Source of the DNA: an uncultured Candidatus Saccharibacteria bacterium
GTDB lineage: Bacteria; Patescibacteriota; Minisyncoccia; Phycocordibacterales; Phycocordibacteraceae
NCBI GenBank assembly: GCA_964418065.1
Contig: CAYQJR010000001.1
Span: 8,599 to 42,830 of the forward strand
Direction of reading: 5' to 3'
DNA length: 34,232 nucleotides
The position numbers and the translations under genes were made by a program. The stretch's first letter is position 1; the number at the start of each line of letters is the position of its first letter. Below, piece after piece: positions 7,497 through 13,782 of the stretch. The notes under the pieces were generated by a model, which saw nothing but the letters and a program-made list of their open reading frames with translations, searched no databases and was not told the DNA's origin.

Positions 7497-8735
7497 ATGA
7501 CACGTACCGGGTGGGCCATCGTGATTATTCTTGCGCTTCTGGTCGGCGGGTATGTCGCCTACGGCTGGGCAAAGAATGATCCGCCAGACTGGCTGGTGAA
7601 GCTGGTTGCGTCGAAAGATCCTCCGCCACCATTACCGAGCGGAGACGAGCCGCCGCTCACGGTGCCCCAAGGTTTTGCTGCGACCATCTTCAGTCGCGAA
7701 ACCCCCAAGGCTCGCGTACTTGTACGCGAGCCTAAGGGCGCTCTCTTGGTGTCGCTTACCCAAGAAGGCAAGGTGATTGCCCTTCCCGACACTGATGCGG
7801 ACGGCAAGGCCGATCGTGTCGTGACCGTCCTTGAGAAGTTGAACCTGCCGCATGGCCTTGCTATCCGCTGTCCGGATACGGGAAACACAAGCACAGATCA
7901 AGACGCGTGCGTGCTCTATGTCGCCGAGACGAATGCGGTTAAGTCTTATGCCTATGATGCGGACACCTACCGCGCTACCTATCAGAAGACGCTAGCCACA
8001 CTTCCAACCGAGGGCGGAGGGCACTTTACCCGTACGCTTCTTCCCCACCCCGACGGCACGCATCTCTTGGTATCAATCGGCTCGTCCTGCAATGTGTGCA
8101 CTGAAACGAATTCGGACCGCGCATCAATCGCGAGCATTAATCTCGCAACCGGAATAAAAACCACCTTTGCGAAGGGCCTCCGGAACGCCGTATTTATGGC
8201 AGTGAGTCCGATAACCGGTGCCGTCTGGGCGACGGAGAACGGCCGCGACCTTATCGGAGACGATATACCGCCAGACGAGCTCAATATCGTAGAAGAAGGA
8301 AGGCACTACGGGTGGCCTATCTGCTATGGAAAGAATATCTATGATGCTGACTTCAACGCGGCAGACAAGACTGCCTGCCGCGAGCCTGTATACACGCCTT
8401 CCACCCATGATTTACAGGCGCATTCAGCGGCGCTTGGGCTTGCGTTCATCCCTGAAGAAGGCTGGCCGCAGGACTATCGGAATGATCTTCTCGTCGCCTT
8501 CCACGGCTCTTGGAACCGGAGCGAGCCGACCGGATACAAGATAGTTCGGTTTGATATGTCTGCCGACGGGAAATCGGTTGTGGGCGGCCCGTATGATTTC
8601 CTCACGGGCTTCCTACCTCGCGGGGCGAAGGAACCTATCGGGCGGCCAGTCGGACTTCTTGCCGAGCCCGGCGGGGTCCTCTTCGTGAGCGATGACCACG
8701 TCGGGGCGGTGTACCGTATTACGCGTAGCGAATAG
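7497..8735 (+). CDS. PQQ-dependent sugar (glucose/sorbosone) dehydrogenase-like beta-propeller protein, membrane-anchored
   Basis: The start is moved to ATG 7497 (MTRTGWAIVIILALLVGG TM). LTVPQGF...LPHGLAI...GGHFTR...IGSSCNVC...RNAV...WATENGRD..GDD.PPDELN.V..G.HYGWP...AHSAALGLAF...HGSWNRS. Confidence 0.7.
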   Translation: MTRTGWAIVIILALLVGGYVAYGWAKNDPPDWLVKLVASKDPPPPLPSGDEPPLTVPQGFAATIFSRETPKARVLVREPKGALLVSLTQEGKVIALPDTDADGKADRVVTVLEKLNLPHGLAIRCPDTGNTSTDQDACVLYVAETNAVKSYAYDADTYRATYQKTLATLPTEGGGHFTRTLLPHPDGTHLLVSIGSSCNVCTETNSDRASIASINLATGIKTTFAKGLRNAVFMAVSPITGAVWATENGRDLIGDDIPPDELNIVEEGRHYGWPICYGKNIYDADFNAADKTACREPVYTPSTHDLQAHSAALGLAFIPEEGWPQDYRNDLLVAFHGSWNRSEPTGYKIVRFDMSADGKSVVGGPYDFLTGFLPRGAKEPIGRPVGLLAEPGGVLFVSDDHVGAVYRITRSE

Positions 8736-8751
8736 AGGATGTTAGAACCTC

Positions 8752-9138
8752 TTACTTTTCTTGAATGACAGACAGAATGTTTCCAGCAGGATCTTTAAAC
8801 CAGGCTATCGCTTTAGGGCCGGGAGAAGTGCCATCACTACGTACGACCCCTTTCGCATCAGTTTTCATATGGGGAGTATCGTACTGTTCCATGTGGACAC
8901 CCTTACCAATAAGTTCGTCCATCGTCACATCAATATTCTCTACCACAAAATTAAGGACCGTATAATCCGCAGGCTTATTGTCCGCTGAAGAGTATATGAA
9001 CACCGAGGCGGTTCCCATGGTCAACTCCAATCCCTCCGGTTTAGACTTAACAGTAAGCCCCAGCGTATCTCCATAGAAGCCCTTTGCTTGCTCGATATCA
9101 GGCACGGAAAACCCGCTGAACATTTTAGATATTTTCAT
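8752..9138 (-). CDS. VOC (glyoxalase/bleomycin-resistance fold) family protein
   Basis: ~128 aa. FSVPDIEQAKGFYGDTLGL...WFKDPAGNILSVIQ is a typical VOC N/C signature. Confidence 0.7.
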   Translation of the reverse strand: MKISKMFSGFSVPDIEQAKGFYGDTLGLTVKSKPEGLELTMGTASVFIYSSADNKPADYTVLNFVVENIDVTMDELIGKGVHMEQYDTPHMKTDAKGVVRSDGTSPGPKAIAWFKDPAGNILSVIQEK

Positions 9139-9164
9139 TGCATAAGTATAGCAAATCGCACTTT

Positions 9165-9182
9165 TAGCTCCGGGAGTAGGAC
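9165..9182 (-). repeat. Distal att-like direct repeat (copy of the tRNA-Asn 3' end)
   Basis: TAGCTCCGGGAGTAGGAC is identical to 11504-11521. Identity stops exactly where the T-loop would begin. Confidence 0.7.
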
Positions 9183-9213
9183 CATGAGTACATTTCTCGA
9201 AGCGTACCGCTTC

Positions 9214-9270
9214 AGTACACCTTGCGGATTTTCTTGCAGAAAATGCTCACAAGGTCTTCGAGTCCTACAC
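9214..9270 (+). repeat. T-arm-like repeat element, copy A
   Basis: AGTACA-CCTTG-(25 nt)-CAAGG-TCTTCGAGTCCTACAC. Homologous to copies B and C. Confidence 0.6.
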
Positions 9271-9512
9271 GGAAGCGTTACTACGCTTCCTTCCTCGGAG
9301 CAAAATCTGCTCCGCATCTTTTGCTCTCTGCTTTAGACAGAATTAGAACTTTATACAATGCTCGTGACCCCGAGCTTCTTAAAACGTTAGCGATTATTAG
9401 ACTCTTGGAAAAGCAGAATGAAGATCGGAACGATCTTTTAAGAAAGGCCCAAAGCCGTGATTATCAGGAGAGGAAGAAGCGGGGGAAGGATGATCTTCCG
9501 ATGGCCGCATAA
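9243..9512 (+). CDS. Small hypothetical protein (89 aa from the first ATG; the track start at 9222 is TTG), paralog of the 10365..10529 ORF
   Basis: The C-terminal part LSALDRIRTLYNARDPELLKTLAIIRLLEKQNEDR is conserved with the second copy, with many synonymous differences. It has a Lys/Arg/Glu-rich tail. Confidence 0.45.
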   Translation: MLTRSSSPTRKRYYASFLGAKSAPHLLLSALDRIRTLYNARDPELLKTLAIIRLLEKQNEDRNDLLRKAQSRDYQERKKRGKDDLPMAA

Positions 9513-9540
9513 CACCAGTGCGCCGCACAATTAATCCTCC

Positions 9541-10185
9541 TCACTTCCTGGGTCGCATACTGACGTCCCACACGCTCAGCATGCTGCCAACGATAACTAC
9601 CCAAGCGAGGAATACCCCTACCCACCCAACTACCAGTTCTCCCAACAGAGGAGAAGCATAAGCATGAGTGTATTTCGTTAAATCAATCCACCCTCCGTTT
9701 TCATCATTCATAGAACAACTTCCGTACTCCCAGATTGGAGGAGTCGCAATAAATATTGGGGTATTTGCCGGGTACGTAAAAGTAATCTGAGAGCCAGCGG
9801 GCAAACAGAAATTATATAGACCACCTTCATACTGATTCAGGCCTTTCGTGTTAGGCCAAATATTCATACAAGAAGTCGTCGCGAATGCTTGTTTCGCATA
9901 GGGAACGAGAGGGTTGTCTGGTTCCATTGTGAATGCCGCATATGTCCAAGGAAATAGTTTGCCTACACAATCTAGAGGAGGTTCGTAAGATATGCGGACT
10001 TCGTAATCTTTAATAGCGGAAGGTATTCCCAAGAAACTAGCTGCGAAATTCTGAAAAGAAAGAGGTTCTCCAAGGGATGCATGTTCATACAATGGAATGG
10101 AGATATTTTCGGGTGGGTAAAAAAGGAAACCCGTTAATACCGAAAGAATTAAAATGGTTCCCCAAATAATTACCGGCTTCCACAT
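9541..10185 (-). CDS. Hypothetical protein with N- and C-terminal TM helices and a Cys-containing extracytoplasmic domain
   Basis: ATG start. TM at residues ~5-22 and ~180-205. AT-richer codon usage than neighbouring genes. No family recognised. Confidence 0.6.
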   Translation of the reverse strand: MWKPVIIWGTILILSVLTGFLFYPPENISIPLYEHASLGEPLSFQNFAASFLGIPSAIKDYEVRISYEPPLDCVGKLFPWTYAAFTMEPDNPLVPYAKQAFATTSCMNIWPNTKGLNQYEGGLYNFCLPAGSQITFTYPANTPIFIATPPIWEYGSCSMNDENGGWIDLTKYTHAYASPLLGELVVGWVGVFLAWVVIVGSMLSVWDVSMRPRK

Positions 10186-10196
10186 ATAGTGCTGGA

Positions 10197-10248
10197 AGTA
10201 TACCTTGCAGGAATAAGGTGCCTAGCTCAAGGTTCGAGTCCTATACAC
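10197..10248 (+). repeat. T-arm-like repeat element, copy B
   Basis: AGTATA-CCTTG-(20 nt)-CAAGG-TTCGAGTCCTATACAC. GTATA and TATAC can pair as an outer stem. Confidence 0.6.
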
Positions 10249-10334
10249 GTCATTTTTCTTCGCTACGTATTTGCTAGGTCTTTTGAGAATCGCCACGGCT
10301 ACAAACGATATGTGGTTCGAACCCATAAAATGCC

Positions 10335-10362
10335 AAACGGCCGCTCAACTGAGCGGCCGTTT
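10335..10362 (-). terminator. Strong 12-bp hairpin, probable terminator of the AbiV-like transcription unit (possibly bidirectional)
   Basis: AAACGGCCGCTC-aact-GAGCGGCCGTTT. On the minus strand it is followed by GGCATTTTAT. Confidence 0.55.
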
Positions 10363-10364
10363 CG

Positions 10365-10529
10365 TTGGGTGTGCAGTCGAGTATTACTTTTTCTTACTGG
10401 CTCTCTGCCTTAGACAGAATCAGAATTTTATGGATCGCGCGCGACCCAGATCTTCTTCAAATACTCGCGACAATTAAACTCCTGGAGAGGCAGCATCAGG
10501 AGCGTGAGGCTCTGCCGAAGGCGGCGTAG
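10365..10529 (+). CDS. Possible 54-aa paralog (or decaying copy) of the 9243..9512 ORF; no ATG, only TTG 10365 / GTG 10371
   Basis: The + frame gives ...YWLSALDRIRILWIARDPDLLQILATIKLLERQHQEREALPKAA*. An in-frame TGA at 10350 limits the 5' end. It overlaps the 3' tail of the convergent ORF 10474..10698. Confidence 0.3.
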   Translation: MGVQSSITFSYWLSALDRIRILWIARDPDLLQILATIKLLERQHQEREALPKAA

Positions 10530-10698
10530 TTCCCTCTCCTGGTAACGGGCGATAGATGATCTGGTAGAGGTTGATAAGGTGCGTCACCATCTCAAGCGCC
10601 TCTTGGGTTGAGAGCTCCTTCCCAAACTCAGCCTTATAAATCTCCATAAACTCCTGCATTGCTTCATCTGTATGGTTCATCGAGATACGGTGACTCAT
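10474..10698 (-). CDS. Small hypothetical protein downstream of the AbiV-like gene (74 aa; alternative ATG at 10680)
   Basis: An internal ATG is chosen because the full track ORF (to 10851) would overlap the AbiV-like gene by 61 nt. The helical core is MQEFMEIYKAEFGKELSTQEALEMVTHLINLYQIIY, followed by a low-complexity tail. Confidence 0.4.
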   Translation of the reverse strand: MSHRISMNHTDEAMQEFMEIYKAEFGKELSTQEALEMVTHLINLYQIIYRPLPGEGTTPPSAEPHAPDAASPGV

Positions 10699-10790
10699 AG
10701 AGATGGAAAAGGCCAGGAGCCTCACGTCTAGGGTAGCGGCTGGCAGAGAGGTAGAAAGGCTGGAGAAAGTGCCGAAGAGGCAATTCTTGA

Positions 10791-11324
10791 TTACTTCATG
10801 AACCCTTTGGTGCCAATTTGCATACCTCCGAACTCTCCCGTAATTTCCCAAATGCGTTCAAGAGCGACTTCAACAATGTGCAAGATATTTTGCGCGTCCA
10901 TTTCACTTATCACTTCATCGGGTTTAGAAATAACACCTGTCACGAAATCCACATCGACATATAGCGCTTTGTGACGCTTGCTGAGTAATGGTTTATCGGG
11001 CGTCATCCTTTCAAAATCCTCCATATCAGGCCCGATCCATTTCAGGTTGTGAGGGTAATTATTTGCATCAACATGCGCCCACTCTGCATGCGCGATTTTT
11101 TCTTGGTGACTTTTGTAGAATTTTTGAAAGTCTTCCTCGGTTTTCAAACCAGTAAAAACATCCGCTGCACATTGTCCTTTTGAGATTTCTTCGAGAGCGG
11201 AGAATCCCATTACATAGGCTTGTGAATATTTTTGTTTACCGGAAAGGGCTTGACCAGCACGGAGTAGATTCGATGCATTTCGATTCGATGCATTGTAAAT
11301 CTCAAGATAAGTTTTCTTTTCCAT
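10791..11324 (-). CDS. AbiV-like / HEPN-fold abortive-infection protein (putative)
   Basis: 177 aa. N-terminal NASNLLRAGQAL...KYSQAYVMGFSALEEISKG resembles the AbiV-family helix pair (A..L....y..A..l...ALEE.GK). Later motifs are SHQEKI and KRHKALYVDVD. AT-rich gene. Confidence 0.5.
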   Translation of the reverse strand: MEKKTYLEIYNASNRNASNLLRAGQALSGKQKYSQAYVMGFSALEEISKGQCAADVFTGLKTEEDFQKFYKSHQEKIAHAEWAHVDANNYPHNLKWIGPDMEDFERMTPDKPLLSKRHKALYVDVDFVTGVISKPDEVISEMDAQNILHIVEVALERIWEITGEFGGMQIGTKGFMK

Positions 11325-11346
11325 AAGACTAGGGTTGAATCTACTC

Positions 11347-11374
11347 AGAGTATGCTTGGCCGAGCCTAGGTCAA
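11347..11374 (-). promoter_or_regulatory. Sigma70-like promoter for the AbiV-like gene, embedded in repeat copy C
   Basis: The minus strand reads TTGACC-16 nt-TACTCT. The -10 box ends 22 nt upstream of the ATG at 11324. Confidence 0.45.
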
Positions 11375-11403
11375 GTCCCTCGAAAGGTTCGAGTCCTATG
11401 CAG
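11349..11403 (+). repeat. T-arm-like repeat element, copy C
   Basis: AGTAT-GCTTG-(13 nt, GCCGAGCCTAGGT)-CAAGT-CCCTCGAAAGGTTCGAGTCCTATGCAG. Confidence 0.55.
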
Positions 11404-11440
11404 AGCCCTTGGAACAGATTTGGAAAACGTTAATCTAAAA

Positions 11441-11472
11441 ACAAAAAAGCTCGGAATTCCTGGCTTTTTTGT
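11441..11472 (-). terminator. Hairpin/T-run terminator downstream of tRNA-Asn
   Basis: ACAAAAAAGC-(tcGGAATTCCtg)-GCTTTTTTGT. On the minus strand it is followed by TTTTAGATT. Confidence 0.6.
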
Positions 11473-11506
11473 GAGGTGAAAAGTTGCCTATGTGGCAAGT
11501 CACTAG

Positions 11507-11578
11507 CTCCGGGAGTAGGACTCGAACCTACAACCAACGCCTTAACAGGGCGCTGCTCTACCATTGAGCTATCCCGGA
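11507..11578 (-). tRNA. tRNA-Asn (anticodon GTT), 72 nt, CCA not encoded
   Basis: The hand-folded cloverleaf is: acceptor TCCGGGA/TCCCGGA, D arm GCTC-AATGGTA-GAGC, anticodon arm GCGCC-CTGTTAA-GGCGT, variable TGGTT, T arm GTAGG-TTCGAGT-CCTAC, discriminator G. Confidence 0.92.
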
Positions 11579-11610
11579 ATGCACTGCCCTCGCTAGGAGG
11601 GCATAAGCGC

Positions 11611-11638
11611 ATTCTAGCGGAAAAATCATATGTCGCAA
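11611..11638 (-). promoter_or_regulatory. Sigma70-like promoter for tRNA-Asn
   Basis: The minus strand reads TTGCGA-16 nt-TAGAAT, about 32 nt upstream of the mature tRNA 5' end. Confidence 0.5.
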
Positions 11639-11658
11639 TGTTCGTACAAAGGTACGGG

Positions 11659-11687
11659 TTGATTTAATGAATAGTTCGTGGTATTAT
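11659..11687 (+). promoter_or_regulatory. Sigma70-like promoter; would give a leaderless or near-leaderless mRNA for the 11696 ORF
   Basis: TTGATT-17 nt-TATTAT. The -10 box ends 8 nt before ATG 11696. Confidence 0.4.
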
Positions 11688-11695
11688 TAAGAGTA

Positions 11696-11941
11696 ATGAA
11701 ATTGCCTGATGTTGATCGGATTCGGAGTGAGAAGTCGCTCTCCTTTGGAGACTTCTTGAAGTCCTATAACGAGAACCTCCCGCTTCAGTTCCCGCGCGCA
11801 TCGCTTGCGCTTCTGCGCGAGTTTAAGAAGAAGAATGAGGCCCTCTTCAAGCATGCCGGCAATGCGTGGTCGCTCGACCAGCACCGTAAGAAGGTGATGG
11901 ACTGGCTGACAAGCAAGCAGAGCGGGCTCGGAGAGCGCTAG
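11696..11941 (+). CDS. Hypothetical small protein (81 aa)
   Basis: ATG at 11696 (the track start at 11678 is GTG and lies inside the putative -10 box). MKLPDVDRIRSEKSLSFGDFLKSYNENLPLQFP...; no family recognised. Confidence 0.5.
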   Translation: MKLPDVDRIRSEKSLSFGDFLKSYNENLPLQFPRASLALLREFKKKNEALFKHAGNAWSLDQHRKKVMDWLTSKQSGLGER

Positions 11942-12627
11942 GATTTACCCTCTATAAGTTCGTAATCGCGCGGAAAGAGGTACTTGGCAATGTTGTATAT
12001 GCCATAAGCCATGAAGGGTGCGGCCAGCACGTCAATGGAGTAATGGATATGCGAAAGGAGGACCGAGATGCCGAAGATGAGCGACAATGAAAGAAAGATG
12101 ATGCGCGCCCGGAACTGCCTCCAGAAGATAAGCGCCATCAGGAACGGGAGCCCTGTATGCCCCGAGAAGAAGAACCCTGTCTGGAAGTTGAGATAGGTAT
12201 ATATCTGGTCGAAGAACCCGTCGCCCGGGTAGATGTTGCTCGGGTGGATGCCGATGTGCGTGAGTGAGATAAAGAGAGCCCGAATTATAATGAAGAGCGC
12301 AATCGCCTTGAGGGTGAAGAGTGCGTAGCGTGGCCGCATGAAAAACACATATATCACGCCCGCGACAATACTGAAGAGCGCGACCTCAATGATGAGAAAA
12401 TTGAGATTCACGGCCGGGAGATTGTCTAGGAGCAAATCGCCCACATAGATTGAGGTTGGTCGTGTTGAATACTCAAGCTCGTAGAGATTGGCGAAGTGCT
12501 CCGCCGCATACGCCGCGCCAAGGAGGAGGAGCGCAACAATCAGCGAGCGCAGATACACGGGACCGAATAAATCCCGGACGGAGAATGAGTCCTGGTTTTC
12601 ATAGGTCTCTACAATGAGCATAGACAT
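11938..12627 (-). CDS. PAP2-related (PAP2_C / sphingomyelin-synthase-like) integral membrane protein
   Basis: Multi-TM protein with FFFSGHTG and SHIHYSIDVL motifs (SGHT ... HYxxDV). Confidence 0.65.
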   Translation of the reverse strand: MSMLIVETYENQDSFSVRDLFGPVYLRSLIVALLLLGAAYAAEHFANLYELEYSTRPTSIYVGDLLLDNLPAVNLNFLIIEVALFSIVAGVIYVFFMRPRYALFTLKAIALFIIIRALFISLTHIGIHPSNIYPGDGFFDQIYTYLNFQTGFFFSGHTGLPFLMALIFWRQFRARIIFLSLSLIFGISVLLSHIHYSIDVLAAPFMAYGIYNIAKYLFPRDYELIEGKS

Positions 12628-12660
12628 TGTGGAGAGAATTGTACCAAACGATTGAGGTAC

Positions 12661-12689
12661 TTGACAGGAAAGTGGGTATCTGCTACTCT
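12661..12689 (+). promoter_or_regulatory. Sigma70-like promoter of the cold-shock gene, implying a ~95-nt 5' UTR
   Basis: TTGACA-17 nt-TACTCT. ATG is at 12790. Confidence 0.5.
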
Positions 12690-12789
12690 AAAGGAATCAA
12701 CCAGAGTTGGATCCAGAGAAGTGGGATCGAGCTTCTATCTTCGGCTACTGATTTGATACCTATTAGTCACAAAAATATCTATCTGCAGT

Positions 12790-12999
12790 ATGCAAAATGG
12801 TACAGTAATCAAGAAGAACGAGAAGGGCTTCGGCTTCATCAAAGTCGACGGAGCACCGGACGGTTCTAAGGACCTGTTCTTCCATTCCAACGAGCTCAAG
12901 AACATTTCGTTCGATGAGCTCCAGGAGGGAGACAAGCTTTCCTTTGAGATTGGCGACAGCCCGAAAGGTCCGAACGCCCTCAACGTCAGCAAAGTCTAA
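12790..12999 (+). CDS. Cold-shock protein (CspA family, S1-like OB fold)
   Basis: GTVIKKNEKGFGFIKVDG...DLFFHSNEL contains the RNP1 (KGFGFI) and RNP2-like (LFFH) motifs. 69 aa. Confidence 0.9.
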   Translation: MQNGTVIKKNEKGFGFIKVDGAPDGSKDLFFHSNELKNISFDELQEGDKLSFEIGDSPKGPNALNVSKV

Positions 13000-13013
13000 C
13001 TAGACTAAGCAAC

Positions 13014-13050
13014 AAAACGTCTCGGCTTTTGCCGAGGCGTTTTGTTTTGT
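13014..13050 (+). terminator. Rho-independent terminator of csp
   Basis: AAAACGTCTCGGC-tttt-GCCGAGGCGTTTT followed by GTTTTGT. Confidence 0.8.
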
Positions 13051-13065
13051 GTATCATAGACAGTA

Positions 13066-13782
13066 ATGTCAGCAATGCTTGTTCCTAATGAGGGGAAAAA
13101 TATTGATATCGTGGCCGGGGGCGTCCGGTATCTGCGACTCCCCATCAAGACGCCGCTCATACGGGTCGGCGACAATCTGATGGACCTGCTTAAGACCTAT
13201 GCCGCGCCCCATCTCGCCCCGAATGACCTCCTTTTTATCAGCGAGAAGATAGTGTGCATTACCCAAGGCCGCATTATCCATCGCGATAAGGTGGAGACCT
13301 CTTGGCTCGCCCGTCTGCTCGCAAGCAGGGTGAGAAATTATGCGGGGACGCCGCAGTTCCGCGGGCTTGGACACGGTACTGCCCCGGCGATGCAGCTCCT
13401 TATTGAAGAGGCAGGATACCCGCGGACAATCCTCGCCGCCGCCGTCTCGGCGCTCACGCGCCCGCTCGGCATCAGCGGCGCCTTTTATTACCTTGTCGGG
13501 AAGCAGGCCAAGTCCATTGACTGCCCGATGTCGTGGACGATTGAGGAATTCAAGGACTATGCGAAGCGGGCGCCGCTTGCGCCGGACCGCGTTGCGCGCG
13601 AAGTCCGCGATGCGTTTAGCGTAGAGACCGTCATCGTTGACGCCAACTACCGCGGCGCCTTCTCGCTCGGGAAGTCCTCGGCTATCAGCGAGAAGTTCAT
13701 CCGCGAACTTCTGGCCGACAACCCCGCTGGACAAGATAGCGAGATGACGCCCTTCTTCATCGTCCGAAAGGCACCCGCCTAA
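13066..13782 (+). CDS. CofE-like (coenzyme F420-0:L-glutamate ligase family) protein
   Basis: GDNLMDLL...LLFISEKIVCITQGR...VIVDANYRG...NPAGQDSEMTPF resembles the F420_ligase domain pattern. The functional role here is unclear. Confidence 0.5.
   Translation: MSAMLVPNEGKNIDIVAGGVRYLRLPIKTPLIRVGDNLMDLLKTYAAPHLAPNDLLFISEKIVCITQGRIIHRDKVETSWLARLLASRVRNYAGTPQFRGLGHGTAPAMQLLIEEAGYPRTILAAAVSALTRPLGISGAFYYLVGKQAKSIDCPMSWTIEEFKDYAKRAPLAPDRVAREVRDAFSVETVIVDANYRGAFSLGKSSAISEKFIRELLADNPAGQDSEMTPFFIVRKAPA

Larger units (their letters stand above)
9165..11521 (-). mobile_element. Putative tRNA-Asn-associated integrated islet (no recombinase gene present)
   Basis: Bounded by an exact 18-nt direct repeat of the tRNA 3' end. 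The interior looks AT-richer than its surroundings and carries an AbiV-like gene, orphan ORFs and internal repeats. Confidence 0.45.

Noticed and set aside
10314-10323. GGTTCGAACC resembling a further tRNA T-loop
   Set aside because: It is a self-complementary 10-bp palindrome. No matching acceptor partner (GGCATTT) is found upstream.
10271-10477. 68-aa plus-strand ORF across the inter-module spacer
   Set aside because: It runs through the terminator hairpin and is out of frame with the conserved LSALDRIR coding signal. Its composition is not protein-like.
10699-10851. N-terminal extension of ORF 10474..10851 overlapping the AbiV-like gene by 61 nt
   Set aside because: The extension is hydrophobic, low-quality sequence in the antisense-neutral frame of the AbiV 3' end. 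The internal ATGs at 10698 and 10680 give a non-overlapping gene.
9214-11403. T-arm-like elements A, B and C as genuine tRNA genes
   Set aside because: None has a complementary 5' acceptor strand, a D arm plus a 7-nt anticodon loop, or a proper 5-bp T stem. The best anticodon-like stem in B has an 8-nt loop. They are kept as repeats, not tRNAs.
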